Shown piece by piece: positions 1-10,362 of a stretch of 64,000 nucleotides of DNA. Each line of letters opens with the position of its first letter. Position 1 is the first letter of the stretch. Origin of the DNA: an uncultured Arcobacteraceae bacterium (GTDB lineage: Bacteria > Campylobacterota > Campylobacteria > Campylobacterales > Arcobacteraceae); NCBI GenBank assembly GCA_964022095.1, contig CAXHZO010000011.1, forward strand, positions 1 through 64,000, in the 5' to 3' direction. The notes beneath the pieces are model-generated. The model worked only from the letters and a program-made list of their open reading frames with translations. It was not told where the DNA came from and searched no databases. The position numbers and the translations under genes were made by a program.

Positions 1-9
1 TTTTCGCTT

Positions 10-15
10 TGTCAA
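10..15 (-). promoter_or_regulatory. Candidate sigma70 -35 box (TTGACA) of a promoter firing leftwards out of the window
   Basis: + strand tgtcaa at 10-15 reads TTGACA on the minus strand (context CCCCTTGACAAAGCGAAAA); the -10 would lie outside the window. Confidence 0.4.
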
Positions 16-92
16 GGGGTTTTGGCTTAAATATAACTTAAATTGTAAAATATACCCCTTCTTAATCTTTTTACTATACTTCTCTTGGGTTT

Positions 93-710
93 TTAGTGTT
101 TTTTTGTAAATCCGGTAGTTGGAAATATGATTAATTCTTCAAATTCATCATTTTCATGTATAAATTTTATGAAGCAAGACTGTTTTATCTCATATTTATT
201 AGATTCAAATTCTATATTACTAAGCTTTGAATAGACTTTTCCATCATTCCCAAATGATATTTGTCCTAAACTATTTGTTTCATTACATGAAACCTGTACA
301 TCTTTTACATTATAGTTTTTACTTAGCAATACATATTTACTGTTTTCATTTGTACTTTTGCATAAGTTAGAGCTATATATATTTTTATTTGTTAAGGGAT
401 CTTTCATACTATCATCAGCACTTGGATGTCCTGATAAATTTTTATCACTATATATAGAAAAATAAATACCTCCAACACTTTGCCTACATCTAAAAAATTT
501 TAGTGTCCATCTTTTTTTATACCATAAACTATTTTCATCATATTTGTTGTCAATTAAAGCTTGGTATCGTATATGTGATAAATAAAGATTTATCCTATTT
601 GTTAATTCATTTAATTTATTGATTTTTTGTTTTGGGATAAAAAAAGTATAAAGTACTGACATTATTGCAATTACTAAAATTAATTCTAATAATGTAAATG
701 ACTTTTTCAT
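93..710 (-). CDS. Prepilin-type N-terminal cleavage/methylation domain protein (pseudopilin-like)
   Basis: N-terminus MKKSFTLLELILVIAI matches the class III signal peptide (FTLxE plus hydrophobic helix). Confidence 0.8.
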   Translation of the reverse strand: MKKSFTLLELILVIAIMSVLYTFFIPKQKINKLNELTNRINLYLSHIRYQALIDNKYDENSLWYKKRWTLKFFRCRQSVGGIYFSIYSDKNLSGHPSADDSMKDPLTNKNIYSSNLCKSTNENSKYVLLSKNYNVKDVQVSCNETNSLGQISFGNDGKVYSKLSNIEFESNKYEIKQSCFIKFIHENDEFEELIIFPTTGFTKKH

Positions 711-1907
711 TTAGATCTTTTTAATATATACTTTCAATAGCTCTTTACCATAATAACTAACTTCTATTTTTTCATCATAATTATAAAATTTACTCTTTGA
801 AACAAAATATTTATTTCCTGATTTTATATCATAAAATTTTAACCTTAGTGCTAATTCATTATCATCACTATATATGTAGTTAATATTTTTATCTTTTAAC
901 TTGTAAGATAACTCTTTTACAAAATGATATTTATATGCAAAGTGTTTTTTTTCATTTGGTAAAACCAAATAAAGTGGTTTATTAATTATTGTTAATACTA
1001 CATTTATACATAACATTGATATGATTACTACTGCTGAAACTTTATGAAACGTTCTAAACTCTTTTAATCTTACTCTATAAGAGTGAAAATATCTTTTTAA
1101 CATAAAAGGTAAAGATATAACTACATAAGGAGCGAAATCTTCTATATATACTCTTTGCCTAAAAGATAACAATAATGATAACAATAATGCTGTTGCAGAA
1201 ATATACCAAGTAAATGTTTTATCATTGTCTTTTAATGATGCTCTATAAACTGAGTATATAAAGTATAAAAATAAAAAAGGGGAAAAGACTGATGCATAAA
1301 TAGCAAAAGTATCAATTAAAAAACCTCTAGGTTTTCCATCTGTATCAAAGCCATATATATACATTGAAACAATAAACAGTAATATTGATATTAATATAAT
1401 CTTTTTATCTTTCTTTTTAATTGAAAAAAAGAAAATAGCAAGATATAAAATTGCAAAAGAGTTATCAATAAATAAGTACAGAACTAAGAGTATATAACAA
1501 TGTTTTTCATAAATTTTATAATAATATAAATATAGTAATGTACAAAAAGTAACTACTATTGCACTATTTACTAAAAGTGAAGCACTAAGTACTCCAGGTA
1601 AAATCATAAAAATAAATATAGATATGTATCTATCTCTTTCATACTTAAAATAGTCATTTGTTAAATTAAACATCAATATAACACTCAATGTATAAAAAAG
1701 TATAAAAGGTAATCTAAGTGCTAAATCATTTTGTCCAAATAAATAAATTGAGCTATTAGTAATTATAGATAGAACAGAATTATTAAAAAAAACATTAAGT
1801 GCTTCTTTATAAGAGATGCTCAATGTTTGTGTTGTATACAGCAATATACCTACTACAAATGCTAATAAAATAGAAAATAAGTAGTTATAGCTGTTTGTTT
1901 TTATCAT
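711..1907 (-). CDS. Polytopic membrane protein, probable GT-C (ArnT/PMT-like) glycosyltransferase
   Basis: Many TM segments; LFGQNDLALRLPF resembles the GT-C/PMT_2 motif. Confidence 0.55.
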   Translation of the reverse strand: MIKTNSYNYLFSILLAFVVGILLYTTQTLSISYKEALNVFFNNSVLSIITNSSIYLFGQNDLALRLPFILFYTLSVILMFNLTNDYFKYERDRYISIFIFMILPGVLSASLLVNSAIVVTFCTLLYLYYYKIYEKHCYILLVLYLFIDNSFAILYLAIFFFSIKKKDKKIILISILLFIVSMYIYGFDTDGKPRGFLIDTFAIYASVFSPFLFLYFIYSVYRASLKDNDKTFTWYISATALLLSLLLSFRQRVYIEDFAPYVVISLPFMLKRYFHSYRVRLKEFRTFHKVSAVVIISMLCINVVLTIINKPLYLVLPNEKKHFAYKYHFVKELSYKLKDKNINYIYSDDNELALRLKFYDIKSGNKYFVSKSKFYNYDEKIEVSYYGKELLKVYIKKI

Positions 1908-2473
1908 AGTTTTAGAAAATTATCGATCATTTCATACCCATATTCGCTCATAATTGATTCTGGGTGAAATTGAACTCCGTAAATTTGTTTGTCTTTTATT
2001 TGTAAAGACATAATCTCATCATCATCTAAACTTTTTGATGTCACAATAATATTATCTGGTAAATTATCTTTTTTTACTGTTAAAGAATGGTATCTTGTTT
2101 GAGTAAACTCTGTTGGTAAACCCTTAAAGATAGGTGTTTGGGAAATAATTTCAATTTTCGAAGTTTTTCCATGCATCATATTTTCTGCTCTTATGACTTC
2201 ACCACCAAATACTTGTGCAATACTTTGATGACCTAAACAAATTCCAAATATTGGTTTTTTATCTGCGAAATACTCTACAACATCTAAACACACACCTGCT
2301 TCATTTGGAGTTGCTGGACCAGGTGATAGTATAATTTTCTCGGGATTTAAATCTTCGATTTCTTTTACACTTAACTCATCATTTCTAATAACTTTTAAAT
2401 CAGCACCTAATTCTAAACAGTACTGAACAATGTTATATGTAAATGAATCATAATTATCAATCATTAATATCAT
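1904..2473 (-). CDS. Anthranilate/aminodeoxychorismate synthase component II (TrpG/PabA glutamine amidotransferase)
   Basis: IDNYDSFT, SPGP, GICLGHQ, RYHSL and VQFHPES motifs. Confidence 0.95.
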   Translation of the reverse strand: MILMIDNYDSFTYNIVQYCLELGADLKVIRNDELSVKEIEDLNPEKIILSPGPATPNEAGVCLDVVEYFADKKPIFGICLGHQSIAQVFGGEVIRAENMMHGKTSKIEIISQTPIFKGLPTEFTQTRYHSLTVKKDNLPDNIIVTSKSLDDDEIMSLQIKDKQIYGVQFHPESIMSEYGYEMIDNFLKL

Positions 2474-2567
2474 ATTTTTATTTTTCCTAAAACTTACATA
2501 GTTAATTTTGTTTTGTATTATATCAGTAAATTAATTTTTTTTTATTAAAAGTAATTTTAATCTTTTA

Positions 2568-2635
2568 TGATAATCATTCTTAGTATTAAGATTATATAAA
2601 GAATTGATTGATTATAATTTCGATAACAATTATCA
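2568..2635 (+). promoter_or_regulatory. Two Fur-box-like 7-1-7 sites and a TATAAT -10 upstream of the iron ABC operon
   Basis: TGATAATcATTCTTA (2568-2582) and CGATAACaATTATCA (2621-2635), each 2 mismatches from TGATAATnATTATCA; TATAAT at 2613-2618. Confidence 0.7.
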
Positions 2636-2659
2636 CTATGAAATAAAAAAGGTAAAAAA

Positions 2660-3664
2660 ATGATAAAAAAATTAGCACTAAGTGCAATTATATTTGCAAG
2701 TTCACTAATCGCAGCAGAACAAGTAAATGTTTACTCAAGTAGACATTATGATACAGATAAACAATTATTTAAAGCATTTGAGAAAAATACAGGAATAAAA
2801 GTTAAAGTAATTCAAGCTAAAGATGATGCTTTAATAAAAAGATTACAAACAGAAGGTAAAAATTCGCCAGCAGATGTATTTATTACAGTTGATGCTGCAA
2901 GAATTCAAAGAGCAACAGAAAAAAAACTATTTCAACCAATCAAATCTGAAGTTTTAGAAAAAAAAGTTCCAGCAACATTAAGAGATAAAGATAACCAATG
3001 GTTTGCTATTACAAAAAGAGCAAGAATTATTGCGGTTAGAAAAGGAAGTGGCTTTGAAAATAAAGAATACACTTATGAAGAGTTAGCAGATCCTAAATAT
3101 AAAGGACAAATTATGGTTAGATCTTCAAGTAATGTATATAATCAATCACTAATGGCAGCAATGATTGCCCACCATGGAGTAGAATATGCAACTAAATGGG
3201 CAAAGGGTATAGTAACAAATATGGCAAGAGATCCAAAAGGCAGTGATAGAGATCAAGCAAGAGGAGTTGCTGCAGGGCTAGGAAGTATTGCTATTATGAA
3301 TACTTATTATTTAGGAAAACTTGCTGTTGGAAGTGCATCAGATAAAGATACTGTAAGTAAATTAAAAGTAATATTCCCTAAATTTAAAAATGGTGCAACA
3401 CATGTAAATGTAAGTGCAGCAGGTGTAGCAAAATATGCAAAAAATAAAGAAAATGCAATTAAATTCATAGAGTTCTTAACTTCAAAAGAAGCGCAAGAGA
3501 TTTTCGCAAAAGGTAATTATGAGTACCCAGTTGTTGAAGGTTCAGAAATTTCTGAATTAGTTAACTCATGGGGTACAATTGAAGATGATAACTTAACAAT
3601 TAATGACCTTGGAGAAAATAATGCTAATGCAGTTAAAGCTTTAGACATTGCAGGATGGAAATAA
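2660..3664 (+). CDS. Fe(3+) ABC transporter periplasmic binding protein (FutA/FbpA family)
   Basis: Signal peptide; VYSSRHY, SPADVFITVDA and NTYY iron-ligand tyrosines. Confidence 0.92.
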   Translation: MIKKLALSAIIFASSLIAAEQVNVYSSRHYDTDKQLFKAFEKNTGIKVKVIQAKDDALIKRLQTEGKNSPADVFITVDAARIQRATEKKLFQPIKSEVLEKKVPATLRDKDNQWFAITKRARIIAVRKGSGFENKEYTYEELADPKYKGQIMVRSSSNVYNQSLMAAMIAHHGVEYATKWAKGIVTNMARDPKGSDRDQARGVAAGLGSIAIMNTYYLGKLAVGSASDKDTVSKLKVIFPKFKNGATHVNVSAAGVAKYAKNKENAIKFIEFLTSKEAQEIFAKGNYEYPVVEGSEISELVNSWGTIEDDNLTINDLGENNANAVKALDIAGWK

Positions 3665-3667
3665 TTA

Positions 3668-5275
3668 TTGACGAATAAATTAAAATCATTAAAAATAAGT
3701 AGTGTTCTTTTAACACTACTTATTTCAATACCTATGATTACTATATTTTTATTTCTTTTTATAGGAAATACTGAAAACTGGGAACATATTAAAAATACTG
3801 TTCTTTTAGATTATATTTACAATACTTTATACATCATGATTGGTGTAGGACTACTAACAACCCTACTTGGGTTTTCAACAGCTTATTTAGTTTCTCTTTA
3901 TCAATTTAGTTTTTCTAAAATTTTTGATTATGCATTAATCTTACCATTTGCGATTCCTACATATATAATTGCTTTTATTTATAATGGAATGTTTGGAATT
4001 TCAGGAAATGTAACTGGATATTTTCTAGGATTGATGGATAAAAACATTAGCCAAGTTCCATTTTTTTGGGATATACAATCAATTGAAGGTGCTGTTTTAG
4101 TAATGTCTTTAGTTTTGTATCCATATGTATATTTAGTTTGTAGAACTTATCTTAGTTTTGAATCATCTTCAATAATTGAAGCTGCTAAAACTTTTAACCT
4201 AAATACTTGGCAAATATTAAAAAAAGTGATTTTACCAATAAGTAGACCAGCAATTATTGCAGGATCAACACTTGCTGTTATGGAAGCTGTTTCAGATTTT
4301 GGAGTTATGGATTACTTTGGAGTTAATACTTTTGTAACTGGAATTTTTAGACTTTGGGAAGGGATGGGAAGTATTGAAGATGCTTCAAAACTAGCAAGTA
4401 TTTTAATGACATTTATTTTTATACTTATTTTACTAGAGAGATTTCAAAGAAGAAATAAGGTTTATAAAAGTTCAGGAAAAGATTTTAGACCAATTACTAA
4501 AATAAAATTAACTGGTTATCAAAACATTATTGCTGTAATAATATGTTTTATTCCACTATTTTTTGGTTTTTTAATGCCATTTATACAATTAGTTTTCTGG
4601 TTTATAGAATCTTATGAAAAAGTAATTGATGAAGATTTTATTGAGCTATTTTTCAGAACAATAGAACTGGGAGTAATTTCTGCAACAATTATTACATCAA
4701 TTGCACTTTTAATTGTTTATAACTTTAGAACAAACAAAGATAAAACCTCATCTTCATTAGTGCAAATCACAAAACTTGGATACTCAATTCCAGGTGCAGT
4801 AGTTGCTGTTGGTATTTTAACTTTTTTTGGTGTAGTTAATGAATATGCATTAAGACTTTTTGACACTACATTTTTAGTAACAGGAACTGTAATTGCAGTT
4901 GTATTTGGATATTTAGTTAGATTTATTGCAATATCAATTAATAATTTTGAAGCAGGTTTTAACAGAATTCCTCAAAGCTATGATGATGCAGCACAGATTT
5001 CAGGGATCGGGTCATTTAAAACTTTTAGAAAAGTTATGTTTCCACTTATTAAAAATTCTGCTTTTGCTTCATTTATAGTAATTTTCATTGAAGTGGTAAA
5101 AGAGTTACCTTTAACAATGGTTTTAAGACCATTTGATTATAACACTTTAGCAATCAGAGCATTTGAGCTTAACGAACAAGCTCAAACAATAGAATCAGCA
5201 GTTCCTTCAATGTGTATTGTACTAATTGGAATCGTATCTGTATTATTACTTACAAGAAATATGAAAAAGGCATAA
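3668..5275 (+). CDS. Fe(3+) ABC transporter permease (FbpB/FutB type)
   Basis: Duplicated permease with two EAA-like motifs (IEAAK, DDAAQ); operon context. Confidence 0.92.
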   Translation: MTNKLKSLKISSVLLTLLISIPMITIFLFLFIGNTENWEHIKNTVLLDYIYNTLYIMIGVGLLTTLLGFSTAYLVSLYQFSFSKIFDYALILPFAIPTYIIAFIYNGMFGISGNVTGYFLGLMDKNISQVPFFWDIQSIEGAVLVMSLVLYPYVYLVCRTYLSFESSSIIEAAKTFNLNTWQILKKVILPISRPAIIAGSTLAVMEAVSDFGVMDYFGVNTFVTGIFRLWEGMGSIEDASKLASILMTFIFILILLERFQRRNKVYKSSGKDFRPITKIKLTGYQNIIAVIICFIPLFFGFLMPFIQLVFWFIESYEKVIDEDFIELFFRTIELGVISATIITSIALLIVYNFRTNKDKTSSSLVQITKLGYSIPGAVVAVGILTFFGVVNEYALRLFDTTFLVTGTVIAVVFGYLVRFIAISINNFEAGFNRIPQSYDDAAQISGIGSFKTFRKVMFPLIKNSAFASFIVIFIEVVKELPLTMVLRPFDYNTLAIRAFELNEQAQTIESAVPSMCIVLIGIVSVLLLTRNMKKA

Positions 5276-5278
5276 ACA

Positions 5279-6274
5279 ATGGTTAGTGTAAATAATTTTG
5301 GAATATCTTTTGATAAAACAAAAATTTTAGAAAATATAAATTTTGATGTTAATGAAGGTGAAATTGTAACCTTACTTGGTCAAAGTGGTTGTGGAAAAAC
5401 TACAATTCTTAGATCAATTGCAGGACTACAAAGAGAGCATGAAGGTGATATTTGTATTGGAAATGTTTGTGTATCATCAAAAGATGTATTCCAAAAAGAT
5501 AGAGAAGTTGGCTATATCTTTCAAGATTATGCACTATTCCCTCACTTAAGTGTTGAAGAAAATATTGCTTTTGCATTGGATAAATTATCTAAAAATACAA
5601 GAGAAAAAAGAGTAAATGAATTATTAGAACAGTTTGATATCGTCCACCATAGAAAAAAATCAACTCATCAATTATCTGGTGGACAACAACAAAGAGTTGC
5701 AATAGCAAGGGCAATGGCTAATAATCCAAAGATATTATTACTAGATGAACCTTTTGCAAATCTTGATTCTCAACTTAGATATAAAACAAAGATGTGGTTA
5801 AAAGGGCTAATTAAAGATTTAAATCTTAGTGCTATTTTAGTAACCCACGATAAAAAAGAAGCTCTTAATATTTCTGATAAAATAGGAATTATTCATAATA
5901 AACAATTGCTTCAATTTGACACTACATTAAATATTTATAATAAACCATCAAATTTTTATGTAGCAAATTTTTTATCAGAATTAAATCTAATTCCAAATGA
6001 CTTAATAAAAAAAGAAAATATTGAAATAAGTGATGATAAAGTTGCTGTAATTGAGATTCATAAATGTCATATTACAAATGAGAAAAATAGCTTTGAATTA
6101 ACAATTTTAGATTCATCTTTTTGTGGTGAATATTATGAATTACTAGTTGATTTTAAAGATTTTCCATGTGAAAAAACATTTAAAATTGTAGTTGATAATA
6201 TTGAAAAATTTGATATAAATGAAAGTTACTATTTAGATATAAATTTAGATGATTTAAAAATCATCTCTAAATAA
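5279..6274 (+). CDS. Fe(3+) ABC transporter ATP-binding protein
   Basis: Walker A GQSGCGKT, LSGGQQQR, LLLDEPF. Confidence 0.92.
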   Translation: MVSVNNFGISFDKTKILENINFDVNEGEIVTLLGQSGCGKTTILRSIAGLQREHEGDICIGNVCVSSKDVFQKDREVGYIFQDYALFPHLSVEENIAFALDKLSKNTREKRVNELLEQFDIVHHRKKSTHQLSGGQQQRVAIARAMANNPKILLLDEPFANLDSQLRYKTKMWLKGLIKDLNLSAILVTHDKKEALNISDKIGIIHNKQLLQFDTTLNIYNKPSNFYVANFLSELNLIPNDLIKKENIEISDDKVAVIEIHKCHITNEKNSFELTILDSSFCGEYYELLVDFKDFPCEKTFKIVVDNIEKFDINESYYLDINLDDLKIISK

Positions 6275-6302
6275 AGAAAAAGAGTTAACTCTTTTTCTTT
6301 AT
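6271..6302. terminator. Bidirectional intrinsic terminator
   Basis: Perfect 32-bp palindrome ataaagaaaaagagtt/aactctttttctttat spanning both convergent stop codons. Confidence 0.85.
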
Positions 6303-8134
6303 AACTGCCACTTAGCAATAAATTCATCATCAATATCTAAAATACCTCTAGATCTTAAATCATTTATTACTTCCCTTGAACAATCAACATCATCTGGCCA
6401 TCTTCTTTTAAAGTTATCAAATGAGTTTTTATTTGTACCATCTAAACAAACAGTATTAGATTCAATATAAACATCTCTATTTGAATCAATATTATTAACA
6501 ACTCTCCAAACTAACATATAAGAGTTTTCAACATCATTTTGATTAGATTCATCAATAATAATTAATATTTTTAAATGCTCATATAATGGCTTTAAATCTT
6601 CAAATAAGTGTTTTTGACTTCTAGTCTTGTCAACAGTAATAACAGTCACAGGATTTTTTGTATCAGTATAGTATTGCTTTAATCCCTTAACTTCATTTGT
6701 AATAGATTGCATTTTAAACAATAGCTGATCATCATCTAAAATAGTAATTCCTAATTCCTCAATCTCTTCTCCTGTACAATCAAGTCCAAGTTTTCCACCA
6801 ACTGCAAACTTTGGAGAACTATGATCAAGGGCATCAACGACACCTCTTGTAATTAAAATATCATCAATATCAATTCTATTTAAAATATGTCTACAGATTG
6901 CATCATGATCAGTTAAATCAGGAGAATCTTCATTTACAAAAATTGCATGTTTAACAAAACTCATTTGCCCTACTCCCCAAAATGCATGCATCATTTGACT
7001 TGCGTGACCGGGATATAAAGTTTTAATTTTTGCTAAAATTAGATTATGAAACACCCCATTTTCAGGCATGTAATAATCAATTAAATCAGGTGCTGTTGTT
7101 TTAAGTAATGGTAAGAAAATTCTCTCTGTTGCATGTCCCATATATTTATCTTCTAATGGTGGCTTTCCAACAACTGTTGCTAAATATGTAGGCTCTTTTT
7201 TATGAGTGATTGCAGTTACTTCCATAAATGGATACTCTTCTTCTAAAGTATAATATCCCGTATGATCTCCAAATGGACCTTCAATTCTTAATTTGCTTGG
7301 ATCAACAAATCCTTCAATTATAAAATCATTGTCTTTTGGAACATAAATATCATTTGTTATTGACTTAACTAATTGTGCGTTTTTACCTTTTACAAAACCA
7401 TAAAGCATAAGCTCAAAAATACCAATTGGAAGTGGCGCTTGACCGCACCAAATATACATTGGATCTCCACCAATTCCAATTGAAACTGGCATTTTTTTAC
7501 CAGCTTTTTTATACTCGTGGAAAAAATGATTTGAATCTTTATGAATTTGCCAATGTAAACCCAAAGTATTATCTTCATATACTTGAAGTCTATACATTCC
7601 AAGATTTTTCATTTCACCATTTAAACTTGTAGTATATACCTGCCCCATAGTAATAAATGGTCCACCATCTTGTTCCCAAGTTGTTAAAACAGGCAAATCT
7701 GATAATTTTGCATCAGCCCCTAATTTTATAACTTGTTGACATTCACCTTTTCCTTTTAGTTTTTTAGGAATAGTGTTTTTAAGGGCAAAAAGTTTTCCAA
7801 ATGTAGAAAGTTTTTCACTAAATGTTGTTGGTGGCTTCATTTTTAGTAAGCCTTCAATTTCATTACCTATTTTATCGCCATCACCAATGAAAAGCTTAAC
7901 TGCTTTTTCATTACAAAAAACATTCATTAGTACTGGAATGTCGTATTTCTTATCATTTCTTCTATCAACAACATTTGTAAAAAGTAAGGCTTTTGAATCC
8001 TCTTTTTTCACTTCAACATATGCAATATGAGGTATTTCAAGATAAATATCTAATTCATCATCAATAACTCTTAAAAGATCATTCTTTTTTAATAGTTCTA
8101 TAGCTTCTTTCATATCTTCCTCAATAATAATCAA
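6299..8134 (-). CDS. UbiD-family decarboxylase, probably for menaquinone (futalosine pathway) biosynthesis; true start probably 8113
   Basis: EGPFGDHTGYY, NLGMYR and TVVGKPPLED UbiD motifs; duplicated C-terminal domain. Confidence 0.88.
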   Translation of the reverse strand: MIIIEEDMKEAIELLKKNDLLRVIDDELDIYLEIPHIAYVEVKKEDSKALLFTNVVDRRNDKKYDIPVLMNVFCNEKAVKLFIGDGDKIGNEIEGLLKMKPPTTFSEKLSTFGKLFALKNTIPKKLKGKGECQQVIKLGADAKLSDLPVLTTWEQDGGPFITMGQVYTTSLNGEMKNLGMYRLQVYEDNTLGLHWQIHKDSNHFFHEYKKAGKKMPVSIGIGGDPMYIWCGQAPLPIGIFELMLYGFVKGKNAQLVKSITNDIYVPKDNDFIIEGFVDPSKLRIEGPFGDHTGYYTLEEEYPFMEVTAITHKKEPTYLATVVGKPPLEDKYMGHATERIFLPLLKTTAPDLIDYYMPENGVFHNLILAKIKTLYPGHASQMMHAFWGVGQMSFVKHAIFVNEDSPDLTDHDAICRHILNRIDIDDILITRGVVDALDHSSPKFAVGGKLGLDCTGEEIEELGITILDDDQLLFKMQSITNEVKGLKQYYTDTKNPVTVITVDKTRSQKHLFEDLKPLYEHLKILIIIDESNQNDVENSYMLVWRVVNNIDSNRDVYIESNTVCLDGTNKNSFDNFKRRWPDDVDCSREVINDLRSRGILDIDDEFIAKWQL

Positions 8135-8197
8135 TCACTTAATTAAGTTTAATTCTTATATCATTTTATCAATAAAATATAGTTTATAATAGAGGTT

Positions 8198-9364
8198 TTG
8201 AATATGGTTTATAATTTTAATGAAGAGATTAATAGAAAAAATACGAATTGTGCCAAATGGGATGGATTAGAAAAATACTTTGGATATGAAGACTTAAATC
8301 CACTATGGGTTGCTGATATGGATTTTAAAACTCCAAAGTTTATTAATGATGCAATAATAAATGCTGTATCAAATTCAGTTTATGGTTATAGTATTGTAAG
8401 TAAAGAATTACTTAATTCAATAGTTAACTGGCAAAAAAATCAGCACAATTGGGAAGTAAAACCAGATGATATTTTTATGGCAAACGGTGTTGTACCATCA
8501 TATAGTGCATGTATTGAAGCGTTTAGTGATATAGGAGATGAAGTTATTGTTCAAACTCCAATTTATCCACCGCTATTTAATTGTATCAATACAAATAATA
8601 GAAAAGTAGTTGTTAATGAACTTAAAAATGACAATGGATATTACACAATGGACTTAGAAGATTTAAAATCTAAGATAACTTCTAAAACAAAAATATTAGC
8701 ACTTTGTTCACCGCATAATCCAGTTGGAAGAGTTTGGAGTAAAACTGAACTTGAACAGTTAGCTCAAATTTGTATTGATAATAATATAATCATAATTGCT
8801 GATGAAATACATTCAGACTTAGCATTTGAGAAGTTTATTCCTATTGCCTCAATTAGTGAGAAAATAGCAAATCAAACTTTAACTTTAAATAGTGCAGGAA
8901 AAACATTTAATATCGCTGGACTTAATACTTCTTATGCAATTAGTAAAAATAAACAAATTCTAGGTAAGTTCAAAAAAGAAGCAATAAAAAGAGAAATAAA
9001 CTCTGTAAACTTTTTTGGATATATTGCAACACAAGCAGCTTATGAAAATGGAGCTGAATTTGTAAAACAATTAAAAGAATATTTAAAATCAAATATTGAG
9101 TTTACAAAAAATTATTTACAAAAAATAGATTCTAAAATTAGTTTTTACACACCAGAAGCTACATATTTAATTTGGCTAGATTTTAATCAAACTAATTTGA
9201 ATCATGATGAAATAAAAGATATACTATTGACAAAGTCAAAAGTAGCTTTAAATAATGGTGTTTCTTTTGGTAGCAATGGGAATGGATATTTTAGACTAAA
9301 TATCGCATTAAATCAAAAAGCCCTTGAAAAGGCATTAAAACAGATTTTTAGTGAATTTAAATAG
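8198..9364 (+). CDS. MalY/PatB family PLP-dependent C-S lyase
   Basis: PLWVADMDF, CSPHNPVGRVW, ADEIHSD, SAGKTFNIAG. Confidence 0.92.
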   Translation: MNMVYNFNEEINRKNTNCAKWDGLEKYFGYEDLNPLWVADMDFKTPKFINDAIINAVSNSVYGYSIVSKELLNSIVNWQKNQHNWEVKPDDIFMANGVVPSYSACIEAFSDIGDEVIVQTPIYPPLFNCINTNNRKVVVNELKNDNGYYTMDLEDLKSKITSKTKILALCSPHNPVGRVWSKTELEQLAQICIDNNIIIIADEIHSDLAFEKFIPIASISEKIANQTLTLNSAGKTFNIAGLNTSYAISKNKQILGKFKKEAIKREINSVNFFGYIATQAAYENGAEFVKQLKEYLKSNIEFTKNYLQKIDSKISFYTPEATYLIWLDFNQTNLNHDEIKDILLTKSKVALNNGVSFGSNGNGYFRLNIALNQKALEKALKQIFSEFK

Positions 9365-9493
9365 CAAATACATAGCAAAGTATTACAAATTTTCTCACTA
9401 ATGTAATAAATGGGATTGAAACAGATTTTTTATATTATAAGATAAAAAAATTAGTGTACAATCATAATTAGAAATTAATAAACAGGATAAGAA

Positions 9494-9856
9494 ATGTCAA
9501 CGCAACTAGTTCTAGCTTCAATTATTTTTGTCATTATTGGTTTCATTTTATCTGCAGTTTTTGTATTATCAAAATATGTAGGTCCTAAAAATGAAGAAGT
9601 TCAACTGAAAAATACAGTTTATGAAAGTGGTGTATCAAATCCAGTTGGAAGTACTAATATTAGGTTTTCTGTCAAGTTCTATCTAGTTGCAATTTCTTTT
9701 TTACTTTTTGATGTTGAAGTTGTTTTCATGTTTCCATGGGCAGTAAATGTAGTGGAACTTGGAGTTGCAGGTCTTGTAAAAATGTTCGTTTTTGTTGGAC
9801 TATTATTTGCTGGCCTGATTTATATTTATAAGAAAAAGGCGTTATCATGGGATTAG
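9494..9856 (+). CDS. nuoA: Complex I subunit A
   Basis: YESG and FLLFDVE..FMFPW motifs. Confidence 0.95.
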   Translation: MSTQLVLASIIFVIIGFILSAVFVLSKYVGPKNEEVQLKNTVYESGVSNPVGSTNIRFSVKFYLVAISFLLFDVEVVFMFPWAVNVVELGVAGLVKMFVFVGLLFAGLIYIYKKKALSWD

Positions 9857-10362
9857 GAGTTGAATCAAAATTAGGTGACTCAATTGTCACTACAAAACTA
9901 GACCATGCAGTTAACTGGGGTAGATCTTACTCACTATGGCCTATGGCTTTTGGTACTGCTTGTTGTGGTATTGAGTTTATGAGTGTTGCTGGTGCTAAAT
10001 ATGATTTATCTAGATTTGGTGCAGAAGTTGTAAGATTTTCACCAAGACAAGCTGACTTACTTATAGTTGCAGGAACAATTTCTTATAAACAAGCTCCTAT
10101 TTTGAAAAAAATCTATGAACAAATGTGTGAACCTAAATGGGTTATTTCAATGGGTGCATGTGCTTGTTCTGGTGGTTTTTATGATAATTACACAACTGTT
10201 CAAGGAATTGATGAAATAATTCCTGTTGATGAATATGTGGCAGGATGTCCTCCAAGACCTGAAGCTGTTTTAGATTCAATCATGAGAGTTCAGAAAAAAG
10301 CTGGTGATGAATCAATTATTAAAGATAGAGTAAAAGAATACAAAGGATTCTTAGATGCTTAA
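9847..10362 (+). CDS. nuoB: Complex I subunit B
   Basis: [21 protein letters not shown] (N2 cluster). Confidence 0.96.
   Translation: MGLGVESKLGDSIVTTKLDHAVNWGRSYSLWPMAFGTACCGIEFMSVAGAKYDLSRFGAEVVRFSPRQADLLIVAGTISYKQAPILKKIYEQMCEPKWVISMGACACSGGFYDNYTTVQGIDEIIPVDEYVAGCPPRPEAVLDSIMRVQKKAGDESIIKDRVKEYKGFLDA

Noticed and set aside
7390-8030. Short overlapping ORFs inside ubiD, and similar shadow ORFs within nuo, frd, dynamin, tex, cas9, marC, DMT and MCP genes
   Set aside because: Fully nested in well-supported genes with no motifs; expected shadow frames.
9876-9882. Single TGACTCA heptamers (here in nuoB, also near 12060 and in a spacer near 46007)
   Set aside because: Not doubled and not in promoters; expected by chance.
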